Shown: one piece after another, positions 39,080 to 50,830 of the stretch
Numbering within the stretch: the first letter of the stretch is position 1
Layout of the letters: each line of letters starts with the position of its first letter
Assembly (NCBI RefSeq): GCF_036321535.1
Contig: NC_087437.1
Location: forward strand, 114,888,001-114,952,000
Direction of reading: 5' to 3'
DNA length: 64,000 bases
From: Camelus dromedarius
Taxonomy: Eukaryota
Translations under genes and position numbers: made by a program
Notes under the pieces: model-generated
The model's database searches: none
Told to the model about the DNA's origin: nothing
The model's input: only the letters and a program-made list of their open reading frames with translations

Positions 39080-39870
39080 TGAGGGTCCTGTAACACGTTT
39101 AGGAATGCATCACAACGTGCATCTTCTAGCTGATCCATGTTTGATTTGAACTCTGGGCTGACATCTTCTGCCGCTCCTCCTTATCCAGCATCATCCCAGA
39201 GGAATGAAGAGGAGACTCCTAATTTGGACAGGAGCCAAAAGGTGCACGGCACTGTAAATGCAAGTGAACTGGGGTACAGGAGGTCCAGTGCATTTCTGGG
39301 AGCCTCCCTTTGAAATTCAGAGCACTCATTCAATCCAGCTCACAGGAAGGCTCTGGATGAAAGGTCGATGAGAGACGTGTAAAGAGAGCACTTTTGTTTC
39401 GAAGCTTACGGGGAAGGGTGGGAATTTTTTTAACGGAGCCAAACCACACACACCTCTATTGGGCCATGAAAAATGTGCACATCAACAAGACAAAATAATG
39501 CACGTGATTCAGCTCTTCCTGCGCACGGCACACATGGCTTACCAACCGAAATGTGAAGGCTTATTTGTTTAGTGGAAATTCTCAAATAATGGCTCTGCCT
39601 GTTGCAGCAAGTAAAACATGTAGTTTCATTGTGCTAGAGTTTTTCAACACAGGATTTCTCTGTTTGACAATATTTGAACAGATGGCGGGTGGGTAGTACC
39701 AATGGCAGTGAGAGGCCCGAGCGGTTTGCCGCCCAAGACCCGGATCCCAAGGTCTCCCATTGTTGGCCGATATGTTTTTAGAACGTGGCGTGACCGGAGA
39801 TCTGCCTTCTGCAGTACTGAGACTCGACTGGTCTTATATTTGCTGGCACTTGCCCCCCGACTTTACTGAC

Positions 39871-40400
39871 TGTACAGTTAGGACTGCTTTCAGCTGCAAG
39901 TAATGGTGAGCCCACCTAAGAGCAGCTTAAGCAATCAAGACAATCAGTCAGGTCACATTGCAAGAAGCAAGAAGTAGAAAATGCCAGGGTTGTTCTTGCG
40001 TGGCTCAGGGATGTCATTGAGGACTCCTATTTTCTGCTTAGGTATTCTCAGTAAATTAGATTTTCATCTTTAAATGCATTCTCACTTTGTGGTCCTAAGA
40101 TGCCTCTGCAGCTGCACACACAACATTCAAAAAGAAAGGAAATTTGATCAACTCCCAGGGTGACCAACCAAGCAACCTCCTTTGCCCAGGACTGAAGGGG
40201 CAGTTTCCCTGGACAGTCCCAGGCAGACTGAGACAGGTTGGTCACTGCATGGCCTTCTTTCATTAGGGAAGGGCAACTCCAGAAGCCCCAGCACGTTGTC
40301 CTGGTGACTTAGGTCACCTCATCACTAGGCCAGTGACCAGAAAGAGGCCTGTGATCCCTGCCATGATTCACCTTCTTCCCCTAGTCTTGCCCATAAGTCG
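39871..40400 (-). mobile_element. Old MaLR LTR (MLT1J/K/L-like), interrupted by a MITE
   Basis: 'agttaggactgctttcagctgcaagtaa..cagcttaagcaat', 'aagatgcctctgcagct'; similarity resumes after 40249. Confidence 0.65.
40157..40249. mobile_element. MER81/MER94-like hAT-Blackjack MITE
   Basis: Inverted ends AGGGTGACCAACC and GGTTGGTCACTGCA; internal 'tttgcccaggactg..ggacagtcccaggcaga'. Confidence 0.8.
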
Positions 40401-40523
40401 GACAGAGTTGTTCTACTGGCCAGGAAGAAAGCGAGGACCGAAACATGTGCCAGAGGGCTCCTGAGAAAACGGAACTTTCCAATAAACTGTATCTTACCAA
40501 CTGAGCAAAGTCTGATGGACGGC

Positions 40524-40990
40524 TCATTCATTGATTCATTCATTGAACAAGTATGGGTTGAAACCTGCAACGGGCAAGCTAAAGCTGGGGGTAGGAGGTG
40601 GTGGGGGGTGGAGCTGGGGGGATCGCCTGGGAATACAGTCTCTGCTCTTCTGACGCTTCCAACTGAGCAAGCAAGTATTTGCTCTGAACGTGCGATCTCA
40701 GTGCGGTGAGCAGTGCCAAGAGGCAGAGCTCTAGGGCCCGTGTAACAGGGGAGCTAACTAAGCAGGGGGGTCTTCCTGGAGGAAGTGGCATGAAGCAGAG
40801 CCCTCAAGGGTGGATAAGATCAGACAGGAGATGGGGAGAGGAGAAAGATAGGGGAGGAAGAATAAAGGGAGGAGAGCAACCACTGCGGAGGGAAAGGCAT
40901 TTCCCTGCCCGGTGGGAGGGTAGGAGGTGGGCGGGCTTATGTGGCAGGTGCCTGGAGGGCCCCCGAGGGATCAGGTTAGGTGACTGTAAT
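40524..40990 (-). mobile_element. L2 3' region
   Basis: 'tcattcattgattcattcattgaacaagtat' tail and 'cttcctggaggaagtggcatgaagcagagccctcaagg'. Confidence 0.75.
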
Positions 40991-41248
40991 GTGTGGCCCT
41001 GGCGCGGTCTCCTCTGTCTCCCAGCCTTAGCGGCTTCATTGCTTCTTCTCACTCCGCAGCCTCCAGTAGAACAGGCCTTCCCTCCGCAGCCCCCAGGTGT
41101 CCTGAGGGTGGCTGTGCTCTTGCCACACCCCGTCCCTCCTCGGCCCTGGAGAAGGGGTGTGTTCCCAGAGCAGATGGATCCCCCCCTCTTCCTCTAGAAT
41201 GCCTGCACCCTGGGAGCTGACTTCTTTCTGCCAGTGGACACTTTCACC

Positions 41249-41360
41249 CAGTATTTCTCAGACTTTAATGTCCAAACAAACCCTCTGGGCTTGGGCATTC
41301 CTAACACACTCCCAGGGATGCTGGCACCGTGGGTCCAGAGGCTCCAATTTTTAGAGCAAG
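41249..41360. mobile_element. MER5-like fragment
   Basis: 'cagtatttctcagactttaatgt..gcattcctaacacactcccagggatgctg..gggtccagagg'. Confidence 0.6.
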
Positions 41361-41669
41361 GCTGTGGTTTGATTCATCCCATCCGTGCACACACCCTGTC
41401 CAACTCTGACCAGCAATCACTGCCTCCGACACCTCCGCCCCACCAGCTCTCTCATCTCACCTCCTAACTCCTCAATCGCTGTAACATCTAGGATGGGGCT
41501 CTCCTTGAACCCCAACCACCATAAAAACCCACTTACATTAAAGTATTCACTCATTTAACTAATGAGTCCTTCCTGTGGCCATTGAAGAATTGATGGAATT
41601 GTGGGCCCCCTGCTCAGGGCCTCAGTGGCCATGAACAAAACAGTTCAATGAACAATGAAACACTCCATC

Positions 41670-41790
41670 TAATTGGGTCCTTTCTTTGCTCCAGGTATTC
41701 TTCCAGGAGCTGGAGATAAAGCCAAAGACAAAAATATCCACTCTCGTGGAACTTACGTTCCGCTGAAGGAAACAGTTCAAAAAGCAAAAT
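41670..41790 (-). mobile_element. L2 fragment
   Basis: 'gctccaggtattcttccaggagctggagataaag..ctctcgtggaacttacgttc'. Confidence 0.6.
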
Positions 41791-42287
41791 CATACGTGCC
41801 AAGGGAAAAATGTAAGGATGGGAAGCTGAATGCCAGGGAAGGCTCAGCAAACACTGTAGGTTTTACTGCAGATTTGTGCGGAAGCAGGGGGGATGCACAC
41901 AGCACAAAACCGAACTGAAGTCCTCATACCCGTTTCTGTTCTCTCAGGTCCTTGTGGGCAGCCTTCTTCCTGACACTCTCACCATCCCTCTGCACCTGCC
42001 ATTCCCACATACCCTTTGTGGTCCCTCCCTGCCGAGCACAGCCTCCAGGGAGGTGCAGCTGGGCAATCTGCTGTCCCCGGGGATGCTCCACAGGCAGGGC
42101 AGCTGTGCTGTTTCCCTGGACTCTGAGGAGGATGGCGTTTCCACTTTGTTGCAAAGGGCTGTGTGCTTTGTGGTTAAAGCAACTGCGGAACTGCTGAGGG
42201 TAGGGAGGCAGGGCAGAGAGGCATCACTCTGGCCTCAGTGGGGAGACAACAGTATCTTACTTTCATAAACCACTTTATGCCCTTGAC

Positions 42288-42323
42288 AAAGCCGCCTTAA
42301 ATCCTTCTTAGAACAAGGTGGCT
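42288..42323. mobile_element. Short ancient repeat, Penelope1_Vert-like terminal fragment
   Basis: 'aaagccgccttaaatccttcttagaacaaggtgg'; a related inverted copy lies at 46266-46312. Family name from recall. Confidence 0.5.
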
Positions 42324-42455
42324 AATATCACTGATATGTGGAATCTTTAAAAAGGACATAAATGAACTTATTTATGAGAGAGAGATAGACACACAGACAG
42401 AGAAAACAAACTTATGGGCACTGGGGGTAAAGGGGTGGGTAGGGTAGATTGGCAG
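42324..42455 (+). mobile_element. L1 3'UTR fragment
   Basis: 'atatcactgatatgtggaatct..aaatgaacttatttatga..gaaaacaaacttatgg', similar to the L1 copies at 23080-23200 and 43810-43930. Confidence 0.8.
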
Positions 42456-42509
42456 TTTTTTCACTCCTCCTTTTGCAGGTGCAAGGTGGGGGGTGGGGTG
42501 GGGGTGGGA

Positions 42510-42893
42510 CAGAAAATCTGCATACCCTCTACTTGAATCTGGGCGGGCTCTCCAAGTGCCTTATCACTAGGATATAGAAAAAGTGTGACTTCAGAGGCTG
42601 AATCATGAGAAGCCATGCCTTTTCCTTGTTCACAGGGAACATTCGCTCTTGGAGCCCTGAGCCACCAAATGAGAAGATGGACCACCCTGAGACAGGCCAC
42701 CTGGGGGTGCTCTGATCCATATTCCAGCTGAGCCCAGACTTCCAGCTCTCCCAGGCATCACAGTCCCTCCAGACCAGCCCATCTGCTAGCTGAGTGCCGC
42801 CAAGGACCTCCCTCCCTCAACACCACGTGTAGCAGAAGAATCCCCCAGCCAAGCCTGGCCTGAATTCATGACCCACAAAACTGGGCACTATAA
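42510..42893 (+). mobile_element. MaLR LTR (MLT1G/H-like), 5' part, split by L1
   Basis: 'cttgaatctgggcgggct', 'ctcttggagccctgagccacca', 'gcagaagaatcccccagccaagcc..cctgaattcatgacccacaaaa'; continues at 44116-44200. Confidence 0.75.
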
Positions 42894-44115
42894 AAGTCCT
42901 AGAGGAAAACACAGGCAGAACACTCTTTGCCATAAATTGCAGCAATATTTTTTTTGGCTCCATCTCCTAGAGTAATGGAAATAAAAGCAAAAATTAACAA
43001 ATGGGACCCAATTAAACTTGAAAGCTTTTCATAGAAAGGAAATCAGAAACAAAATGAAAAGACAACCTATAGGGTGGGAGAAAATATTTGCAAATTATGC
43101 AACTGACAAGGGATTAATTTCCAAAATATACAAACAGCTCATACAGATCAATATCAAAAAAAAAATCAAACAAACCAATCAAAAAATGGGCAGAAGACCT
43201 AAATAGACATTTCTCCAAGTAACACATACAGATGGCCAACAGGCACATGAAAAGATGCTCAACATTGCTAACTATTAGAAGAAATGCAAATCAAAACTAC
43301 AATGAAGTATCACTTCACACTGGTTAAAATGGCCATCATTAAAAAGTATGCAAATAATAAATGCCAGAGAGGGAATGGAGAAAAGGGAATCCTCCTATAC
43401 TGTTGATGGGAATGTAAATTGGTGCAGCCACTATGGAGAACAGTATGGAGTTCCATAAAAAATTAAAAATAGAGCTACCATAAGATCCAGCAATCCCACT
43501 CCTGGGCATATATCCAGAAAAGATGAAAACTCTAATTTAAAAAGATACATGCACTCCAACATTCATAGCAGCACTATTTACAATAGCCAAGACATACAAG
43601 CAAACTAAATGTCCATCAACAGATGAAAAGATAAAATGTGGTATTTATATACATATGTATATACACACATTTGCAAATATATATATAATATCTATAACAG
43701 AATATTACTCAACCATAAAAAAGGATGAAACAATGCCATTTGTAGCAACATAGCTGGACCTAGAGATGATCATACTAAGTGAAGTAAGCCAGAGAAAGAC
43801 AATTATATGATATCACTTATTTCTGGAATCTTTAAAAAGACACAAATGAATTTATTTACAAAACAAAACAGAAATAGACTCACAGACACAGAAAACAAAT
43901 TTATGGTTTTTACCAAAGGGGAAAGGGTTGGTGGAGTGGAATTGGGATTTGCAGATACACACTACTATATATAAAATAGATAAACAACAGGGACCTACTG
44001 AATAGCACTATAATGGAAAAGAATCTGAAAAAGAACAGATATATATAACTAAATCACTTTGCTGTAAACCTAAAACTAACACAACATTGTAAATCAACTA
44101 TACTTAAGTTTTTAA
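42894..44115 (+). mobile_element. 5'-truncated L1 (1.2 kb) inserted in MLT1, with TSD
   Basis: ORF 43018-43206 [30 protein letters not shown] is L1 ORF2p; full 3'UTR; TSD aaaa(ct/tc)GGGCACTATAA at 42877-42893 and 44116-44132. Confidence 0.95.
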
Positions 44116-44200
44116 AAAATCGGGCACTATAATATAACAATGATCATTTTAAGCCTCCTGGGGTTGGGGTGGCTTGTTACGCAGTGATATCTACTGGAAC
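44116..44200 (+). mobile_element. MaLR LTR 3' part (continuation of 42510-42893)
   Basis: 'ttttaagcc..ttggggtggcttgttacgcagtgatatctactggaac' is an MLT1 3' end. Confidence 0.75.
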
Positions 44201-45575
44201 GTGACTAGCACAATTATTTTATTATCAGTTACTATTACTACTGTTATCAGTGTCAGTATTAAAAGACTGATAAGGCTGGGGCTACTGTGCTTTCCTAACA
44301 GAGCAGGAAATAAAAGGACAAAGAGTTAAAAGGGTTTGACTAGGTGAGTTATGAACACTAGTCTCCTCGGTTGGTCATCCCTCCTGTTGTCTGGCTTAGG
44401 ACCATCTGCTGAGTCTCTCACTGACCATTTCTGGTTGGTAAACTGCCCTGTAGGAAGCTGTAGACAAACTCTTGTCAACTGCTTCTCCAGGACCCAGCCT
44501 CCAGGAAAATTACTCATCCTGTGTGATCTGGCCCCAAAGAAGGAACCAAATTCTGTACATAGTGAACACCACCGCACTGACGGTCATCATTAAAAACGCT
44601 GCGGATTGCAAGCCAAACCAAACACCAAACTAACAAGCACGCGCCCCCACGCGCGCTTCTTAAATTAATAATATAAATTGTAAATTCCTATGTCCCCTGA
44701 ATATGGCAGAGGAGCCTTGGTGGATCCAATCTCTGTAATATACCAGCCAAGGAGGAAAGACTCTTGATAACCTGATATTCTTTCTATCTGTCAAAGTGAA
44801 GGAAACGACACGGTGCTTTTAATCGATATTTATGTAACACTCACCAAAAGCTGTACTTGCTGAAGTGAAATATAACCTTTCTCTCTTTAAACACCTTTTA
44901 CTTGTTATTCGAATAGGAAGTTATTCTTTCAGAATTAGCCACATCTGTCAACCCAGCATTCCTGGCTGCCACATATAAAGTTCCTACCCTGTCCCACCTT
45001 CTCAATAACTTTCTCTTTAGCTTAGATTTTATTTATTTTTGACAACTCCCCAGGGTTTCCTGACAGGAGAAATCTTTAAGACTGGGGTAATATGGTTTTT
45101 ACATTCAGGGCTACATTATTTTTTTTTTATTAGTGTTTTCAACTTAGAATAAGACAGTGGGACAGATCTACGCCAAATTCAGTGAGTTTTTTTTTTTTTT
45201 ACTATTATTAATGGTCCCACACACCAACATTTATTTTAAACCTTAACATTCCAACTTTCTTGTCTCCTTTGTTGGTTTAAGAGGTAGCCGGTGTGTTCTC
45301 GAATGTGTTTTTGTTGGATTGGCACAAGTTACAGCTCTTTGGCAGGAACGCGTGGGTTAAGTAGATGGAAAGTCATTGGATTCTATCTGTGCAAAACCCC
45401 GTGCCCCTTCCTGCCATTGTTTTGTGATGTTGACATAAATTGATCTGAATGAAACTGTCCCCTTTCTGCCGCTGACCATAGTTTATAAACTATGATCCCT
45501 TATCAAAGGATGGGTTTTTGAGCTTTAGGCCGTGGCAGAAAAACACAAAGACTATTTTCTTCTCCCTTCTGACTT

Positions 45576-45694
45576 TTTTTGTTGGGCAGAGGTACTTAGG
45601 TTTATTTATTTATGTATTTATTTTAATGGAAGTACTGGGGATTGAACCCAGGACCTCGTGCATGCTAAGCAAGAGCCATACCCTGCATCCCTTG
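45576..45694 (-). mobile_element. Camelid tRNA-derived SINE, long-tail form, with internal deletion
   Basis: 'aggtacttaggtttatttattt..gtactggggattgaacccaggacctcgtgcatgctaagca'; lacks the 'ctctaccact' segment; TSD-like CCTTCTG(A/T)CTT at 45565-45575 and 45695-45705. Confidence 0.88.
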
Positions 45695-46265
45695 CCTTCT
45701 GTCTTGTATCTAATTCAGTCCCTGTAGCTCTCCCGTCTGCAAAGACACCCCTCCCTGTAAATTCTCTAACCCTATCATTCAAGTGACACAGAGTTAGTTA
45801 GGTTAGTCTTGGCGAATTTCCAACTGAATTTTAGCCCTAAGGCGATGTCAGGGTGGAGACTTTCCTTCCTCTCCAGGGGAGAAGACTACAGAGAGGGTCA
45901 CCGTCTGTCTCTGGGGAGGGAGGTCGTGGAAGAGGAGAGTGGGTTTGACAGGTCCAGCCTCAGAAACCCCAATGGCTACCTACCTCTGCATTCTATCAGC
46001 AGATTTCCTTTGGGGTTTTCTGGAGGTCATCTGATCTAAGTGGAAACCAGAAAGGTAGAAACAGAGCTCTTGAAAGACTGAAAGCAAATGGATTGGGTGA
46101 GGTCTGAACCCTGCTTTTCCTTTTTGAAAAAATTTGCAAACCACTCTTTGCCTGCCACACAGACACGACCATTTTTAGGTTCTCAGCTGAACACCTACGG
46201 CAGCCCAGGTCCTAACTAGCAAGTTCACTGTGATATATTCCAGATTTAACTTTAAAATATATATA

Positions 46266-46312
46266 TTATTTGTTATACCCTGCCTTGTTCCAGAAAAGGC
46301 TTAAGGCAAGCT
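46266..46312. mobile_element. Short ancient repeat, Penelope1_Vert-like terminal fragment
   Basis: 'ttatttgttataccctgccttgttccagaaaaggcttaaggcaagct', the inverted relative of 42288-42323. Confidence 0.5.
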
Positions 46313-47672
46313 AACTGAAATATATAATCATGAAAAGCTGATTCAACTTCTTATTTGGCTAAAGTCATTCTGCTGTAAAATAGGGGGAAAAGTTTTGAAA
46401 TACTCTTTTTCATTTTAAAGTGAATTATTTAAGATGATTCTTATTTTACAACAAACAGACGTTGCTAGTAATTGAATACAGTTAAATATGTGTCCAAAAA
46501 TTTCCTTTTGACCTTGTAAATTACAGCTAATATATAGTGTTTTCATTTCTTCCGAACCACCAGGAAATCTGATGTCACTGTATAAATTATGCAGGAGAAA
46601 TGTTTTGCACGGGCGAAGCTGGGCAGTCACAGATCAACTTTGAGGTCAGTGCCTTTGCCTGTAGCATGGAGGGTCTTCTGCTCCGCCCCCTCCCTCAGTG
46701 CTCCCACCTGTTACTTTATTTTATTTCGTTCAACGTTGAGGCACATCGCTTTCTGACTTTTTCCTTCTACAAGCCACTTAAAAATCGCATGTTTCTGTGG
46801 TTTACTAAAATATTCAAATGTCATTCTTATATACTAATTTTATAGATACACTCTTGCCTGTATCCACAGGGCAGGGCTGAGTTTGTGTACGCACTGGCCA
46901 GGCTTTGGTGGGGCTCCTCCGCAGTCTGGCCACGAGGTCAATTCCACTCTACTGGTCACTGCTGCTGTTTCCTGAATCGACAGACGGATTCTGGAGAAAG
47001 AAGGAGAGGAGAAATGCTGTGCTATCTGGGGTGGAGGGAGACACCTGTGCAGCCCCTCCATCCCACCTGCCTACTCGTGTTCAGGTTTGGGTGGGGACAA
47101 CCCCTGGGTTACACGTTCCCCTTTAGCGGCCTTGTGATTGAGAGGATATACTGCTCGCCAGCCCCTGGTTAACTTATCCCTGAACTGGCAACACCAAGTA
47201 GACCAGGTTTAAGGGAGGATGCAACTCAGGGGAGAGAAAGCTCCTTGCCTGGGTGGGGGTCAGGTCAGAAGCGAGGCTTGGAAGTTGGTTCCCACTGGGG
47301 AGCTGAGGGGTGGAGCCGGGGCTGAGGAAGAGGTGGCTGTGCCCACATCCAACCACACGCGGCCCACCCTCAGGTGCTGGATCCTGGATTCTGCTGCCTG
47401 TGCCATCCAAGGCTGAGGGGCTTCTATTTTTACTTTCAGTTTTAGTTATTTTTGCTTGTTTAATAAACAACCTATCAGTGCATCAAGGAACAACACTGAA
47501 AAAGGGAATGAAATCATAGAGGGCAACTCCTTTTTAAAACCCCTCCCCACGTTTTGAGCTCTGTGGGGCAGGGCAGGTGCAAAGCGACTGTGACACACAG
47601 GCTCTCCCTGTGAAGGGGACACTGTTACCTACGTCTTACAGATGACAGAGTCAAGACTCAGAGAGGCCAGGA

Positions 47673-48221
47673 TGTTCTAAAGATGTGCCCTGGGTTTGTT
47701 TTAATCAGGTGTGGTAAGACATGAAAATCCAGAAATGATTGTCACAGGGGAAGGAGTTTCTACTCACAGCTCCCAAGGAACAGGAGGTGTGGAATGCGGT
47801 GCAGGGCCACTTGGGGAAGCAACGGGGTTGTTCAGGGCAGAGGGCGGGGAGGGAGAGCCAGGGCCTTTCCTGGGGTCTTCATGGGAAGGCAAGACAGGAC
47901 AGAGGAAACAGTTTAGGACTGGTAATTTTGAATAATTACAGCAGGCTCTGGGCCATAGGGCCATCCCTGGTTATCTGGTTCCTGGCCCTGGGGTGATTCA
48001 GGGCAGGGGGAATATTGACAAGGCATGTGGCAGTTACCTAACGGAGATGGTTGAGATGCAGACTCTGGATTGGTTGGCTTGTATATCAAAGGGACGCTTG
48101 CAGGAGAGTTGTTTGCATCTGTAGGAATTAGCTAGCCCTGAGAGGGGCAGTCTCTCCAGGTACAAGACCCCAAATGCCAGAGCATCCAGAACATGGAAAC
48201 TAAGACAATATAGTCAATACA
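47673..48221 (-). mobile_element. ERVL solo LTR, MER74-like, nested in a MIR
   Basis: Minus strand begins TGTATTGACTATATTGTCTTAGTTTCCATGTTCTGGATGCTCTGGCATTTGGGG..GACTGCCCCTCTCAGGGCTAGCTAATTCCTAC; TG/CA ends; 5-bp TSD CAGGA/TAGGA; MIR halves at about 47617-47672 and 48222-48298. Confidence 0.85.
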
Positions 48222-48892
48222 TAGGACTTGGCTTAAGCGCATGCATCTAATAAAGGGCTGAGCCAAAGTTCAGCCCCAGGCTGTCCGCCCCTGAGCCCTT
48301 CATACAATTCAACCCCGTGGGAGGTTCTCACCCCCTACTACCCACAGCCAGTTAACAGGAGCCGATTAAGTGCACATCCTGCTCTTAGGAGCTTCTTCTT
48401 GTCAGAGAGTTAAAAACAGACAGAAAACTCTGATAGAAGGCAAGGATAATTGGCCCCTGAAAAACTCACCAAATGATCCAATGGTATTTTAAATGCTTCA
48501 AGGACATTGTTGTTTTCAAAGAGGCTTATGATTCATTTTTTTCTGTAAATAAAGAACACTCTTCCTGCTTTCCTTCCTTCTTTAGACTCACCTTTTTCAC
48601 ACATCTTTGGGCTGGGAGTCACATTTACTAAGAAGAACATATCTATTTAGCCAATATTTATGTGCACACCTGGGAGGTTTCTGACGCAGAAGTGGCTGTC
48701 AGAGCTTGAGTTTCCAGAGAGTTCTCCCACTCGTTGGAGAACCACCACCCTGGGTGTCCTCTGTGCCACCGTCCACGTTCATGTCCACTGTCCCACACAA
48801 CTGACACACAGGTGCATGGAGGTCTGCAAAACAAGCAAGAAACACATGAGAGGTGTATTGAGAGAAACAAATTAGGATGGTAGGCCTACATC

Positions 48893-49200
48893 CGCCCTGC
48901 CCAGCAGAAGTGTCACTCACACCACTGACGGAATTTAAAACTTTCCAGTAGCCACATGAAACAGATAGAAACAAGTTGAAAAAAATTTAGAAATCTATTC
49001 TGTTTAACTTGATATATCTGAAGCATTGTCATTTCCACGTGTAATCATATCAATAGTCTATAAAATTATTGAGATATTTGATATATTTTGTTCTTATCAA
49101 GTCTTTGAATTCAACCGATTTCATACTTACAGCATATCTCACCTTTAAATGCTCAGATTTTACATCTTTTGTGGCTGATGGCTATCACCCTGGACATAGA
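48893..49200. mobile_element. MER33-like hAT-Charlie MITE
   Basis: 'aatttaaaactttccagtagccacat', 'cattgtcatttccacgtgtaatca', 'tacttacagcatatctca', 'gtggctgatggctatcaccctggaca'. Confidence 0.8.
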
Positions 49201-49300
49201 TCAACAAATACCAGACCATTTGGTCTGTCAGTTTCTATGAGCAAGAAAGAGAAGGGTTGTCATCCATCTGGATATAAAGAACTTATGGGAGAAATTTGGG

Positions 49301-49675
49301 CTACCTCACACCAATCAGAATGACCATCATCAAAAAGTTCATGAACAATAAATGCTGGAGAAGGTGTGGAGAAAAGGGAACCCTCCTACAAAAAGGTAAT
49401 GTAAATTGGTGCAGCCACTATGGAGGACAGCATGAAGATTCCTTCAAAAACTAAAAATAGAATTACCATAAGACCCAGGAATTCCACTCCTGGGCATATA
49501 TCCAGAGAAAACTCTAATTTGAAAAGACACATTCACCCCAATGTTCACAGCAGCACTATTTACAATAGCCAAGACATAGAAGCAACCTAAATGCCCATTG
49601 ACAGATGACTGGATAAAGAAGTTGTGAGATAGATAGATAGATAGTTAGATAGATAGGGAGACAGACAGATAGATA
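49301..49675 (+). mobile_element. L1 ORF2-end fragment terminating in (GATA)n
   Basis: 'cctcacaccaatcagaatgaccatcatcaaaaag..aaatgctggagaaggtgtggagaaaagggaaccctcctac'; homology ends at 'aagaagttgtg' followed by imperfect GATA/GACA repeats at 49627-49675. Confidence 0.92.
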
Positions 49676-50109
49676 TCACAGACACCAGAGCTAGGCAGGC
49701 CTGGAAGATTCCAGAACCCACACACTGGGACCATATTATTATGCTCAGCTGGACTGGAAGATCTGCCAGCTCTTACCTGTGGATGGGTTCTTTCCAAGGG
49801 GGCTTCCAGGACCAAAGACCACTAGATTCCTGACTCCATCACCTACAGGCTTCTGAAATGCCCAAGCCCATCAAAATCCTATAGTGAGCAGGCTCAGGTT
49901 CTGACTGCATCCCCAACCACAGGCTGTTGACCCTCTGTCTCTTGAGGATGATAAAGGGCCACTCAGAAATTTTGTGGGGAGGAGTCTCATGGGCATCTCT
50001 GTGTGCTAGAGGATGATGAGGATGAAGAAACTCAAGGGGACAACTCAGGGATGGGGTCAGATGCATTTAAGAATGTTAGTGTATTAGAGCTGGAGGGGAC
50101 CTGAGCTGG

Positions 50110-50460
50110 TGTATTGGTCAGCATTGCCACAGTAACAAACAGCTCTAAATTCTAGGGAATTACAACAGCAAAGACATCTTTCTCACTAGGTTATCGAGTC
50201 TGCTGCTCGACCCATCTTCTCATGCCAGGATACAGGCTCAAGAAGCAGCCTGTTCCAGCTCTCCAGGCAGAGGAAAAGAGCGGCAGAAGCTCCCACAGTG
50301 CTTCCTAAAAAGAGCTTGTGCACACACATGGCTTAAGTCCATGAGCTCATGGTGCATTGGTGGAAGGATACCTCATGGATAAGCCCAAGGTCAGTGGGGC
50401 AGGGATATCTAATCCCTTAACAGGGAAGGGGAGAGTGGTTCACTGTGAACACCAGCTCTA
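50110..50460 (-). mobile_element. Old MaLR LTR (MLT1I/J-like) within a MIR
   Basis: 'tgtattggtcag..cagtaacaaacagctctaaattct..tacaacagcaaag', 'aagcccaaggtcagtggggcaggga'; MIR pieces at about 50067-50109 and 50480-50610. Confidence 0.65.
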
Positions 50461-50619
50461 GGTATCGCTGACAGCACATCCCTAAGTCTGCTATACACCT
50501 GGGGAAACTGAAGCATAGCACAGAAAAGTGGCTTGCCTGAGTCCAGGAGCCAGTAGTAGCAGAACCAGGGCTAGGATCCAATCTCTGGCAATCAACCCAA
50601 TGGTCTTCATCCTACCCCC

Positions 50620-50830
50620 ATAGTTTCCCAAAATGTGTTCCCAGAGATATTAACGAGGGTCTTTATTATAAGATATCTCAGAGCCTTGACTGTGCCATTG
50701 AGATTTATGATTCTGCAAGTCAGGGAAGTGAGCTCTAGCTCTTCCCGACTTTTTGGATCATAAAACCCACAGAACCAACCAGGAACAGTTTGTGAAGCTA
50801 GCTCTCCTGAGAACACACTTTGGGAAACAG
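50620..50830. mobile_element. hAT-Charlie-type MITE
   Basis: Inverted ends GTTTCCCAAAATGTGTTC and GAACACACTTTGGGAAAC. Confidence 0.65.

Noticed and set aside
42488..42508. Isolated G4 motifs (here and on the minus strand at 30858-30878)
   Set aside because: Simple (GGGGT)n runs at the edge of or within repeats with no other regulatory context; common in mammalian DNA.
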